From positions 5,723,921 through 5,787,920 of the forward strand of contig CAVNZM010000011.1 in the NCBI GenBank assembly GCA_963693365.1: 64,000 bases of DNA, given 5' to 3'. The position numbers and the translations under genes were made by a program. Positions 44,519-58,304 of the stretch are shown one piece after another. Position 1 is the first letter of the stretch. Every line of letters starts with the position of its first letter. The notes beneath the pieces are model-generated. The model saw only the letters and a list, made by a program, of their open reading frames with translations, was not told the DNA's origin and ran no database searches. This DNA is from Amoebidium appalachense. Lineage: Eukaryota > Protista > Ichthyosporea.

Positions 44519-45336
44519 TGAGGAAGTGAGAGAGAAGGAGACACGCACACAGGCACACAGGTACACAGGCACACACGCAGGTACGCACATGCACACGCAG
44601 GCACAGACAGACACACACACACACACGACTGGATGCATCGACACAGACATCTGACATGCCTCCCTCCCCCCCCCCCCTTCCCCCCCCCCCCCCCCCCCCC
44701 CCCCCCCTCTCCCCAGGCTCTCCTATGGGCCACCAGACCTGCCTTGGATCGAATTGCAGAAAAGTGTTTGGAGCAGAACACGGGCGCACGTGCACTTAGG
44801 AGTATATTGGTATAGATCCCCCCCCCCCTCCCCTCCTCCTCCTCCCCTCCCCTTCCTCCCCCCTCCCCCTCCCCCCTCCCCCCCCCCTCCCCCCCCCCCC
44901 TCCCCCCCTCCCCCCCCCCCCCCCCCCCCGGGGGGTTTCACTTAATCCTGTGTTGCTTGGTCTCGTGTGTGCCCATGCATGTCCATCTATGTAGTACATC
45001 GTGTTCTACATTATGTAGCACACCATGTTCCACATCTATGTACCTCACAGTGCTCTAAACGTGGCATTATACCACGCCTCGGTTCAAGACTGTTGGCCTT
45101 ATGCCTTTTGGTGGTGTTCTACCCAGGATAACCCCCTTCATTTCTCCCCAGCCTCATGCAAGCACAGGCACACAGTTTTCTAGTTGTGTTTCATGTTCTA
45201 ACCTCCCACTACATCCCCCCCCCCCCCCCCCCCCCTTCTCCTCCTCCCCAAACCCACACACACACACACACAGTCTAAACCCCCTTTTTGTTTTTGTGCT
45301 TTCATCGATGGTGAAGGGAAAGGGAGGGGGAGAGAG

Positions 45337-45368
<32 letters not shown>

Positions 45369-46771
45369 TTTCCCATAGACGTCTCAACCCACCCAACGAC
45401 ACACGCACACACACACACACACACACACCCACATGTACACACGTTCATCTCTCCTCCACACCCCCCTCAACTTCAACTCACCCCATTTCCTTTGACCCAC
45501 TCTAGGAGGACCTTCTACTCGATGCTATGTTCCATGTGCCCGGGTCCAATACGGAGGTAGTTCTTGTAGATGTGGACACAAAGGGGGAGCTCATAAAACC
45601 CCTCATGCTCACTGCTGATCAGGTTGTAACCCTCCCCCCCCCCCCCCCCCCCTCTCTCTCTCCCCCTCCCTCCCCCCCAACCCCCCACCCTTCTCCCTTC
45701 TCTCTCTCCCCCCCCCCCCCCCCCCCCCTTCTCCCTCATCCTTCCACCCTCTCCCCCCCCCCCCCCCCCCACCCTCCTCCTCCCCCCCCCCCCCCCCCCC
45801 CCCCGCCCGCCCCCCTCCCCCCCTCTTCTTTTCCAAAGCGCGCACAGACACATCCTTACGGCTACACACATATGCAAAGCACATATGCACATGCGCACAC
45901 GCAAGAACACACACACACACACACATGCGCACATGCGCTAGCACACGCACACACACGCATGTACACGCGCATGTACACACACACATACACACACACATGC
46001 ACGCACGCGCGCGCACACACACACGCACACACAACCTGCTCTGTTTCCTCTGTCCTTCTCCCATCCTCCCTTCCTTCATCCAACCATCCTCCCTCCCATC
46101 CGTCCTTCCTTTCTTGAGGTCCCACCACCCATTATACCTCTCTCTGACTATCCCTATCACACGGAGGTTTGTGTGATGATATCTAAGCACATACACACAA
46201 CATACACATACACACACACACGAGTGCCCATGCATGCACACACACGGACAGGCTCAAACAGGCACACACACACACACCATGAACACCCGTACACCCTTAC
46301 TGACCCCACTCCCGACGTTGAAATGAAGTGGCACATGATATATTATTAGGCGTGAGGTGAAAGAGTGTGAAATTGGGGGTCTATGGATTATTTTGCGCCC
46401 TTCCCTCAGAGTGGGCTCCTCTCATGTTGCATACTTGGTGTGTGTGATTCTTTTTAGGGTTACCCAATGTAATTTTACTTGTACCCTGTGCTTAACTAAC
46501 ACTACCCCCCCCCCCCCCCCCACCCACCCACCCACCCACCCATCTCCCCCCCCCCCCCCCCCCCCCCCCAATGCACCCACCCACCACCACCCTACCCCAC
46601 CCCCAACCCCACCCTTCGTCTTCCCCCCCTCCTCCCCCCTCCCCCCCCCCCCCCCCCCCCCCCCCCTTTCCCCCCCCTCCCCCCCCTACCCCCTCCCCCC
46701 TCCCTCCCCTCCCTTCCGCCCTCCTCTTCCCCCCTCCCCCAAAATACTCTCTCCCCCGCATCCACACAAAC

Positions 46772-46845
<74 letters not shown>

Positions 46846-47201
46846 AAACACACAAACACACACAACAGATCGAGTACCAAAAGCTTGAGGATTTCCAAGA
46901 CGACAACTCACCAGAACATGAACGCGCCGTCATGAGCTACCTCACGCACCATCAGGAATACATACCAACAGACCAGGAATACGAATGGTGGGAGGAATAC
47001 GATACTGATGTTGAAGATTATTACACTACGGATGTGAGCGGGGATTATAGCGAGAGCGAAGAAGGAGAGAGCGATCACGACGAAGAAAGCGGGGAGGGGT
47101 CGTCGGGAGGGGAGGAAGGTGGGGAGGGAAAGGAGAGAGGGGACAGGGGTGAGACGAGAGGGGCTACACAGGAAAAGGGTTCTGCGCAGGTTACAGTTTA
47201 G
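30670..47201 (+). CDS. CLPX: Mitochondrial ATP-dependent Clp protease ATP-binding subunit ClpX, 15 exons, 719 aa
   Basis: join(30670-30922,32142-32272,33374-33532,34353-34419,35514-35536,36588-36900,37626-37756,39006-39129,40117-40208,40975-41058,43167-43256,43842-43991,44717-44809,45506-45622,46869-47201) = 2160 nt, all GT-AG and in phase. Arg-rich transit peptide, CPTC-x14-CPQC zinc finger, [13 protein letters not shown]...[23 protein letters not shown] (Walker A), [20 protein letters not shown] (Walker B), [59 protein letters not shown]. Confidence 0.94.
31909..32014 (+). repeat. Dispersed ~100-nt intronic element, copy C
   Basis: GGCTGGGCTCTGCTCATGATGCATGCTTTCTGTGTGTTCGGCAACTTCTGCATTGTGTTGTCCGTCGTGAACGTGTTCTTCATACTCTGTAACACATGCCTAACCCC, colinear with copies A and B. 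Confidence 0.8.
35547..35670. repeat. Octamer minisatellite, approximately (CCCATAAT)n
   Basis: About 15 degenerate cataatcc/cattatcc/cacaatcc units directly after the donor of the 23-nt CLPX exon 5. Confidence 0.88.
36905..37135. repeat. Degenerate minisatellite, approximately (TTTTCCCTCGTTGTTG)n
   Basis: Repeated tttccctcgttgttg-like units at the start of CLPX intron 6, interrupted by a C/CA tract. Confidence 0.7.
40315..40414 (+). repeat. Dispersed intronic element, copy F
   Basis: GGATGGGGTCTGCTTGTGGTGTATGG...GCATCGTGTGTCATGAATGTGTACTTCGCATTATGAGACACATGCAAACC followed by poly-C. Confidence 0.75.
41203..41275 (+). tRNA. tRNA-Lys(CTT), intronic copy 1
   Basis: GCCCGGCTAGCTCAGTCGGTAGAGCGCGAGACTCTTAATCTCGCGGTCGTGGGTTCGAGCCCCACGTTGGGCG: 73 nt, full cloverleaf, A box, B box (GGTTCGAGCC), anticodon CTT, no encoded CCA. 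Confidence 0.97.
41280..41286 (+). terminator. RNA polymerase III oligo-T terminator
   Basis: T7 run 4 nt after tRNA copy 1. Confidence 0.7.
42303..42375 (+). tRNA. tRNA-Lys(CTT), intronic copy 2
   Basis: Identical 73-nt sequence 1100 bp downstream of copy 1. Confidence 0.97.
42377..42399 (+). terminator. RNA polymerase III oligo-T terminator
   Basis: T23 run 1 nt after tRNA copy 2. Confidence 0.7.
42553..42928. mobile_element. Putative MITE/foldback element (~375 bp)
   Basis: 12-bp inverted ends ATCTAAATATCT / AGATATTTAGAT, an internal perfect hairpin GTTTAGAGAAC-7nt-GTTCTCTAAAC (42577-42605) and many ATCTA/TAGAT motifs. No TSD seen. Confidence 0.4.
46411..46501 (+). repeat. Dispersed intronic element, diverged copy G
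   Basis: GTGGGCTCCTCTCATGTTGCATACTTGGTGTGTG...TTACTTGTACCCTGTGCTTAACTAACA followed by poly-C. Confidence 0.5.
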
Positions 47202-47909
47202 CTGTTGCGGCGTGGGGTGGGTTAGGGTGGGGATATATTTGTAGATATACGCAAATTGACGTCTTGAATAGCTTGAATGGGCTTTGGAATTGTGATAATT
47301 TCCTCAGCGGTTTCTGATTGACAGTTGTTAGGTCATTGGTGGACGGTGGGCCGGGAGTTAGTTGGATTGTTTTGGCATCAATCACGAGATACTATAAACA
47401 AACTTGGAAATATTTTCGAGCTGGTGCATGTCTATATCTGGACCTGGGTTTTCGGCTGGCTGTAGCCAAATTGAGAAACTGGATACCACTGTACCTTTTC
47501 TCCATCATCGGTTTCCCGTAAATTTTGAATGACCTTGCATTGTGAATATGTGGCACGTGTCTGTAGTTCAACTTTTGCTTTACATTTGAGGTATTTTCTG
47601 CGTTTGTGATATTGTGTTGCCGATTACGAGGGAACTTTCGGTTTTTGGAACCCTGTCAGCAAATCACAATTCACACATTTCGTATCAGAAAACTGTCTTT
47701 GGGAGAATTGCTTCTCAGCCCCGATTCCATTGGCAACTTGCACTGGCGTAGATCTACATTCCTTTCACGATTTTACAACCAATGAAAACTCATGTACATG
47801 GATATTGTACATATTTGACTGTTACTGAACGAGTTGTCCTTTATGTGTCCGTCATTAAAACGATTTATGCCAGCCAACCAAAAGGCCCCGTTGTGCAAAA
47901 CAGCCGAGT

Positions 47910-47949
<40 letters not shown>

Positions 47950-48398
47950 CGTGCTGCTGGTTTGGCATGGAACCATTCATGTTTATAATAACCCATCCAT
48001 CCCTCCCTCCCTCCCTCCCCCCTCCCCCCTGCCCCTCCCCCCAACAACAACAAAACCACCACCAGCTTACCTTCTCCCCAGCCTCAGTTGAACCGAATAG
48101 CTTTTGCAAAGAATTTGCAAGGCCCCGTTCCCGGAGAGGGGGGCTTTAAGCTAGCAGATCTGCCATCATGTGAGTTGTGCAGCTGCTATATTTTTTATAT
48201 CTGCAGGCATTGCTGGCGTGTGAGCACTGCTCACAAATCCCTCCTCGATCATGCGGGACGGAGAGCTATAATGGTGTGGCCCAACCACCCAGCAAGCCAA
48301 GAAATTTCAAGCTTTGAGCTCAGCTTTTCTGATAAGTAATCACTGGTCCCATTGAATCCCGGGCCCCCTAACATGCTAAATCTTAAACCTCAGAAACC

Positions 48399-48444
<46 letters not shown>

Positions 48445-49669
48445 ACACACATACACACACACCAACCCCGTGCCCGCTCATGAGGTCACGAACACGAACG
48501 TACTGTGCGCACTCGGCAGCTGACATGAAATCCCAGGCCCCTTGTCAGACCCGAAAAATTTTAAACCCCTTCCCCCCTCCCCCCCCTTCCTCCCTCCACC
48601 ACCGTCACCACCACCACCACCAACTTGAACCACTCTGTTCGGGACCTCGAACATCTCGCTTCACGTCAGGGGGCTTCTGCCTTGTGTGCCTCTTTGCAGC
48701 ACCGGCCGTATTGAGAAAGAAGTTCATAAAAGACAGCCACGAGTATGCGTTTGTGTGTGTGTGCGTGCATATGTCTGTGCATGTGTGTATGTGTGTTTGT
48801 ATGTGTGTGTATGTGTGTATGTGTGTGTGTGTGTGCCCGCGCGCGCGTGCGTGCGCGCGCGTGCGCGCGCGTGTCCCCCCCTCCCTCCCCCGCCTCCCCC
48901 ACCCCCCCCCCCCCCCCCCCCCCCCCTTATCTCTCTCTGTGTGTGTTTGTGTTACATTTACACACACACAGGGAGTGTGTATGTTACAGTATGGCAAGGT
49001 CTTTATTCAGTGTATTCTTTTTTTGTGCCCCGTGCGCTGGTGGGTGGGTGGGTGGGGGGGGGAGGGGGGGAGAGGGGGGGAGAGGGGGGGGGGGGGGGGG
49101 GGGGGGGGAGGGGGGGGGTGGAGGGACAAATGTCTGGGATACTCGGGCTGTTGAAGTTTTTATGCACACACGAAGTCACACCAAGATATAGCCGAAAAGC
49201 CCACCAGTGATTTAGAAAAAAAAATAAAGAGATTTATTTTAGCACTCATGCAAAATATATAAGGCCATTGTGCCCTGGCTCGTATGGCCATAAGAACTCA
49301 AAAAGAAATCAAAATTCATCCAAAAGACAAACATCAATCTGAGCAGGCCAGCCATGCAGAGTCTCTTCAAAGATACCGGAACCTGCGGCGGGGAACACGA
49401 GAAGTTTCACGCTTTGAGGACCACTGAATCGCCGATCTTGTGTTGTACCCCTGCATCAAGAAAAGGTGAGTAGAGAAGGATTGAGGGAGGAAAAAAACAA
49501 AAAAAAAAAAAAAATAAAAAAAAAATAGAAATATGCAGCAAGTTTAGTAACACCGGGGAGGAGGCCCAGAAGGACAAATCCCAGAGAAATCGTCAGGAGC
49601 AATCGGAGAGTGGGTGGGTTCGATTGGGTTAGGTTGGGTTGGGTTTTTTTTTTTTTTTTTTTTTTGGAA

Positions 49670-49706
<37 letters not shown>

Positions 49707-49952
49707 ATGCATGAGAAAGGCGGAATTATGGATTTGGAGATATCCAAAAGACAAAAGAAACGGGGAAGGAAAAAAAAAGGGGGGGGGGGGAGGGGGAGGT
49801 GTTGGATGCAAGAGACACTTGAACAGAGCCCAGCCGCATTATTTCAAATCATGACCTACAGACAGTCAGACTTAACGTCATCCATAAACTGTATAAATCA
49901 TGTAATCCGCATGTCAGCCATGTGACAAAAATGTTTGCATGCCGACCTACCC

Positions 49953-52710
<2,758 letters not shown>

Positions 52711-52866
52711 GGTCCTGTGTCAAACTATCTTTAGTATCAATCTTCATGGCAGGGAAAATACGACCACACACACACAAAAAATAGCCCAATAACTTGCAAG
52801 CCACAAAGAGACATTGGACATAGTCACGTCGTGAAAAGAAAACACGCCGTCGTATAGCTACCCCCT

Positions 52867-52900
<34 letters not shown>

Positions 52901-53196
52901 AAAAAAACATTGAAAAAAAACAATATGTTTAATTCATCTTAGGCGCCCTCTTATTTCTTTTCTCCACTGCTTTGCCCACACTTTCCACCAAATCTTAAAT
53001 TCTTAGTAAATTTCTTCTTTTCGTTCTTAAGATTCTTCCTCCTTTCTTATCGTTTCCCTGAATATAAACACCAGTAGGACACTCATGACGTGCTGTCCGC
53101 ATGCGAGAGCGTGCACGTGTGTGCAATTACAACCCCGGGGGAAGGGGGCTGGGGGGAGGGGGAAAGGTGGTGGTGGTGGTGGTGGTGGTGGTGGTG

Positions 53197-53235
<39 letters not shown>

Positions 53236-53559
53236 GAAGGGGGGGGGGGAAATGAAGCAAACCATGCTAATGGGGCTGTGAATGTTTCCAAGAACTAGCG
53301 GACCCTTCCTAGTGCTTCCAAACATGACAGTCAAGTGCATCAGAAAGTGTCATTGGGTGTATAGAGACTATAGATATGTGATAGGTGAAAAAATTAAGCG
53401 TGGGGGGGGGAGGGGGAAGGAAATGTCAAACACATGACCACATCAAATCCTTGATCCCCCCCCCCCCCCCCCCCCCCCCCCCCCTTTCACACACACACCC
53501 AGGTTCCATCCTCCCTATACATTCACATCAAAGAAGAAACAACCCCCCCCTCCCCCCCC

Positions 53560-53606
<47 letters not shown>

Positions 53607-53919
53607 ACACACACACGCACACACACGCACGCACAAACACATCACCACTCTGAAGCCGGGTTTTAAGACGTCTGCCACACAACTCTTGTCAAAGAACATC
53701 ATAAGATGTCTACCACATTGTTTGTGTCGTGCAGCTGTAAGATAACTTGCTCGGGATCTTAGGGGAAAAAGAGGGGAGCACGGCGCTAAGTCACCCATTT
53801 TAGCACACTCCCTAAAAAGTAAAAGAATCGATAGAATAACGCACACACAAGTCCCCGTGTTACTGCTGAGAATGTCGGCAAGTGCTGAAGAAAGCAAATG
53901 ATTTTCTTCGTCACTTTTG

Positions 53920-54193
53920 AAAAACCATAAACACACAAGTAGTCAAGTGACGAGAGAATATTTGTCAAGCAATTATATCTCTTTAAAAAATTGCAAAACA
54001 CCTTACACACACAAGTAGTTAATTGACGAGAGAATACTCGTCAAGCAATTAACATCGCAAAAAACCATAAACACACAAGTAGTCAAGTGACGAGAGAAAA
54101 CTCGTCAAATGCAAGCGATAAAGTTTCTTCATGACATTGCAAACAACCATGAGCACACAAGTAGTCAAGTGACGAGAGAGAACTCGCCACTTG
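53920..54193. repeat. Array of four hairpin-containing repeats with variable spacers
   Basis: Unit ACACACAAGTAGTCAAGTGACGAG-AGAAWA-CTCGTCAA starts at 53931, 54007, 54071 and 54153 (spacing 76, 64, 82). TGACGAG/CTCGTCA forms the stem. Confidence 0.88.
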
Positions 54194-54765
54194 GCTTACA
54201 TACGAACCAGCATCTCCCAATCAAGGAGGCGTTTCGAAATGCCAAAAAGCTGTTTTGAAAAGAGCTTGGTTAGATTCTACATACCGGGTAAGGCTGACTG
54301 CCCAAGCTTTCGTCAAGAACGTGGCAAAAACCAAGAGGCAGGACAAGGCTGGGGTGACGGCGGACACGGCTGGCAGCCTCATACTCGGCTCAAAGTGCTA
54401 TTTCATGTTCCCTTAGTACCTCTGGAGAAATTTTTTGCAGCGTCTCGCGGTCTGCAGGCAGACGTTTGAGCACCCATCGAGGCTTTTTGTCTTTCTGATG
54501 TGCGCTTTCTGAAAAGTAGGCCTTGTCAATAAACGCCGAGCTACCTATTCCCACGGGCTGCTTCTCTATCAGAAGCTCAGCAGTAATCTTAACTTTTGAA
54601 GTTCGAAACTTTTCCATCTTACCACCTAAAAAGGCACAACGCCACAGCTCAACGAAATTTCGTCAAAGTGTTCCCTCGCGCAGCTCCACAGTGCTGCACG
54701 GGGATGGAGGTGTGCATAACCCGCGTTAGTGATACCGCACGGGGGTTCTAACAAAATGATCTCAT

Positions 54766-54823
54766 GCAGGCAAGAGTTAGGAGTGGAACGAACAGCAGGC
54801 AAGAGTTAGGAGTGGAACGAACA
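54766..54823. repeat. Perfect 29-bp tandem duplication
   Basis: gcaggcaagagttaggagtggaacgaaca twice. Confidence 0.92.
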
Positions 54824-55143
54824 TTCATAATTGTGTTTGCAGCTGAGCCGCTGTTGAAGACTTTTCTGAGCTCGGTTTTCTCGGGAAAGTTATGCCGTCA
54901 CCAGGTGGCTCACACTGGGCAGCTACAATAGAACACCGTGTTCCAGAGGGCCATTAATGATTGCCGGCCGAGGAAGGCCGAGGATCAAAGGCATATAGGG
55001 AGAGCGAAAGAGACTATGACCGTGGGGAAAGTGCATGCAGGTTTCCTTTTTCCTTCATTTCATTTTTTATTCTTATTTATGTATTCATGTCAAGTGAGGC
55101 TGGGCCTCAGACAATGTCCTTTAGCAATAAATTGTGCGTAACC

Positions 55144-55176
<33 letters not shown>

Positions 55177-55727
55177 TTTTTCGGATACATAAACATAGTT
55201 TGACTGTCAACCCCCCTCCCCCCCCCCCCCCCACCTTTCCCCCCTCCCTCCCCACTCCCCCCTCTAGGCGGCCCAGGGAGGGGGGGGGGGGGGAGGGCAA
55301 GGGGGCGGGGGGAGGGGGGGGGGGGGGGAGGGAGGGGGGAGGGCTACACATACTAACGATACACTAGTTCCCTAGTATTCAAACCTTGTAAATTTGCTAC
55401 AACATTTGGTTAGTCATGATATACTGACTGTGCGGATTCGATGACGCTCTTGCTGGTGTACTTGCGTGCGTGTGCCAGTGCGTGTGAGTGCATTTTTTGT
55501 GTGTGCGTGCGTGTGTGATTGTGTTGCTTGTGCGATATATGTAGCCAGAAACTGTCTGCGGGAAGATGTTCAATATGGTGTGCCCAGCTCTTCATGCACG
55601 TGTTTAAATCTTTGTATTTGTGCACATGCCTACCCATGCATCTCAGTACCTTTTGCCTGCGCAAGCCGCTGTATGTGCACATGCAGGTGGACACAAACGT
55701 GTACATATTGAATAGTATTTGTGTCAG

Positions 55728-55802
<75 letters not shown>

Positions 55803-58304
55803 AACACAGCCGTGTGCGCGTATGTGCGTGTGCATGGGTGCCCGCGCACGTGCGCTTGAGTCTGTGTACACACGTATGTATATGGGCGTGCGGCATGCAT
55901 GTGTGCTACGGTGTGTGCGTGTGTGTACGTGCCCGCACGCGTATGTGCGCGCGTGCGCGTGTGTACGTGTGTGTATACGTTTGTATGTGTGTGTTTTACA
56001 AGTGTGTGTGTGTGTGTTTGTGTGTGACACGTGTGTGGGTGTGTGTGTGTGTGTGTGTGTGTGCGTGTGTGTGTGTCTGTGTGTGTCTGTGTGTGTCTGT
56101 GTGGATGGGTGTGTGTGTTTTGGTGTACGATGTGTGTGTGCTTGTGTGTGTGTTTCACGGTGTGTGTATCGGCCAGTTTAAACTGGAGGGTGTGTGCATG
56201 TCACTTTGTCCATGTGTGCTTCACGGGTAGAAATGGATGTGTCAAACACATGTGCGTGTGTGTGTATGTCCCCTCCACCTCCCCCCCCTCCCCCGGCCCC
56301 CCTTCCCCCCTCCCCTCTTGGTTGGAGCGGGGGCACATGTACACTACTACCGAATATTTGTGTTATATAATATCTGAGAAAAAGGGGAAACGGACGGAGG
56401 GTGGGAGGGGCTTTTCCTAGACGGGGATGGAGGGAGGACATAAAGATACATGTGTGTGTGTCGGGGGGGAGGGGGGGGGTTGTTTGTATGTGTGTAGGGG
56501 GGAAGGCGGGAGGGAGGGGGAGGGAGGGGAAAGGGAGGGGGGGGGGGGGGGGGGGGAGGGGAGGAGACGACGGGAGGAGCTGAGACCAGAGGAGAGAAGA
56601 AGAGGCAGGGCCACAAAAATGTCACATGTTATGCAATTTTTTCCCCTCTATGAACTCAATTTTGTGTATGGTATTGTGTGAGAATGTTTTATTTTTGACA
56701 ACACTTAAAAGGCCCATGCTGGCAGCTGCAATAGTGGTGGTGGTTGTTCTGATGGGGAGGGGGAGGGGAGAGGGGGGTGGGGGATTGCACAGCACAAAAC
56801 AAATTCGGCTCTGGTTACCAGCAGGTGTTAATGGTTAGCTGGTTTCTCCCTTTCTTTCTTTCTTTCTTTTCTTTCTTTCTTTCTTTTCCTTTTTTTTTTC
56901 TGTTTCCCCCCCCCCCCTTTTTTTTTTGAGGGGGAGAAGGGGAGGGGGGGACTTGTCCACCAGTTTCAATCCAATGAATTTCGAAGGTGTAGGGTGCGTT
57001 TGGCCGTGGGAACGGATGGGAGGAAAACTTTCAATGTTGGGAGGCTGTGTTTTCGGGGTGTAGAATCAAGCAGGGAAGTGGTAGAAAGGTGCCCGGGAGA
57101 TGGGTGAGAAAGGAAGGAATTATCAGGGCTCAAGGATAAAACGGGGGAAAATGGCTAAAAATTTCTAAGTTTTTTTTTTTTTTCCGTTACAGGGGGGGAA
57201 GGGGGGCGAGGGGGGGGGGGAGGGGGGAGGGAGGGGAGGGGATAGAGAGAGTGTTGTGGGGCGGGACTGGGGGGGGAGGGAGGTAGGGGGGATGGGGAAG
57301 TACAGGGGTGGAAGGAGGATGGGTCGGCCGGGTGTGCATGTGAGCATGCTGGCAAGACATGTATGTTTGTAGGTTTGTAAAGTATGTGTGTGTGTGCGTG
57401 TGTGTGTGCGTGTGCGCGTGTGTGTGTTAATTTGTATTTGTGTGTATATGCACGTATGCCCACTTGTGAGGCTGGGGCAAAGCTCCGGGCTAATGTGTAC
57501 TAGCAGCTAGGATTGGTGTGTTAGCATAGCTGAATGCACCCTGAGCACCCGAGCTAGGGTACAGTCGGAGTAGTGAAAAACGGTAGCTTATTATGAAAGC
57601 ATTGGGCTCTCCCGAGGACAAAACGGGGAAAAGATAAAGAAAAAAGTATCATATGGTGCGTGTGTGTGATTGTGCATATGTGCCGTGCGTGCGTGTGTGT
57701 GCATGAATGCATGTGTGCATGTCACAGTGTGTGTGTGTGTGCATTCGTGCCTGTGTGGGCGTGTCCGTGATGCGTGTGTGTGTGTACACAGTGTGCGTGT
57801 GTGTGTGCGAGTGTGTGTGTGTGTGCGCGCGCACGCCAGAGGCACGCCTGGTTAACACGTGCACGTGTGTTTGTGGATATGTGTGGTATTTATCGTATCT
57901 GTTTTTTTTTTTTTTTTTTTTTTTTTTGGGGGGGGGGGGGGAGGGGAGGAGGAGGGGGGGTTGCAGGAAGGAGGGGGGTGGGAGGGGTGGGGTGGGGTGG
58001 GGGTGGGGTGGGGGTGGGGTGGGGGGGGGGGGGGGAGGGGGGGGGGGCACGGAGAATTGTTTTCGATCTGTGCCCATAAGGACCTGTGTATTTAGGAAAA
58101 CGTACACGTATGGGCTGTTACAAACACGGAATACACTGTCTTCAAGTCCGATCAGTCCATATTATTAGGGCTGGTATCGAAAATTGTGATGAAAAGGAAT
58201 CCATCGGTCACTTTCGTTCGAATGTTGATAGGTTCTCCAGTGCTAGATATTTTTTAAATACCCTGGCCATGGATTGGTCAAGCCTTAATAGCAGATAGGA
58301 TTGC

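Larger units (their letters stand above)
53660..55030 (-). pseudogene. Decayed protein kinase (TKL/TK-like) pseudogene, apparently intronless
   Basis: Ordered subdomain remnants: ITAELLIEKQPVGIGSSAFIDKA (I), RWVLKRL (II), EIAL*AEYEAASRVRRHPSLVLPLGFC (III-IV), PYPV (V), frameshift, LLDWEMLVRM/SQVAS (VIa), repeat array, then SALADILSSN...SILL...CAKMGDL (VIb-VII). Carries in-frame stops and frameshifts. Assignment of 54700-55030 to the same gene is tentative. Confidence 0.62.

Noticed and set aside
49354-49465. Plus-strand ATG-to-donor mini exon (MQSLFKDTGT...)
   Set aside because: No downstream plus-strand exon found; better explained as 3'-UTR sequence of the minus-strand orphan gene.
53920-54193. 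CRISPR array
   Set aside because: Eukaryotic context, no cas genes, spacers unequal in length and related to one another, and the repeat overlaps kinase-derived sequence.
54390-54617. Alpha-kinase fragment
   Set aside because: Downstream HPSLV..LGFC, LDW and AKMGD motifs fit a conventional TKL/TK-type kinase.
54390-54990. UGA recoding (Sec/Trp) of the kinase
   Set aside because: Frameshifts, a 29-bp duplication and degenerate catalytic motifs indicate decay. Neighbouring genes (EIF2D, the methyltransferase) use TGA as a stop.
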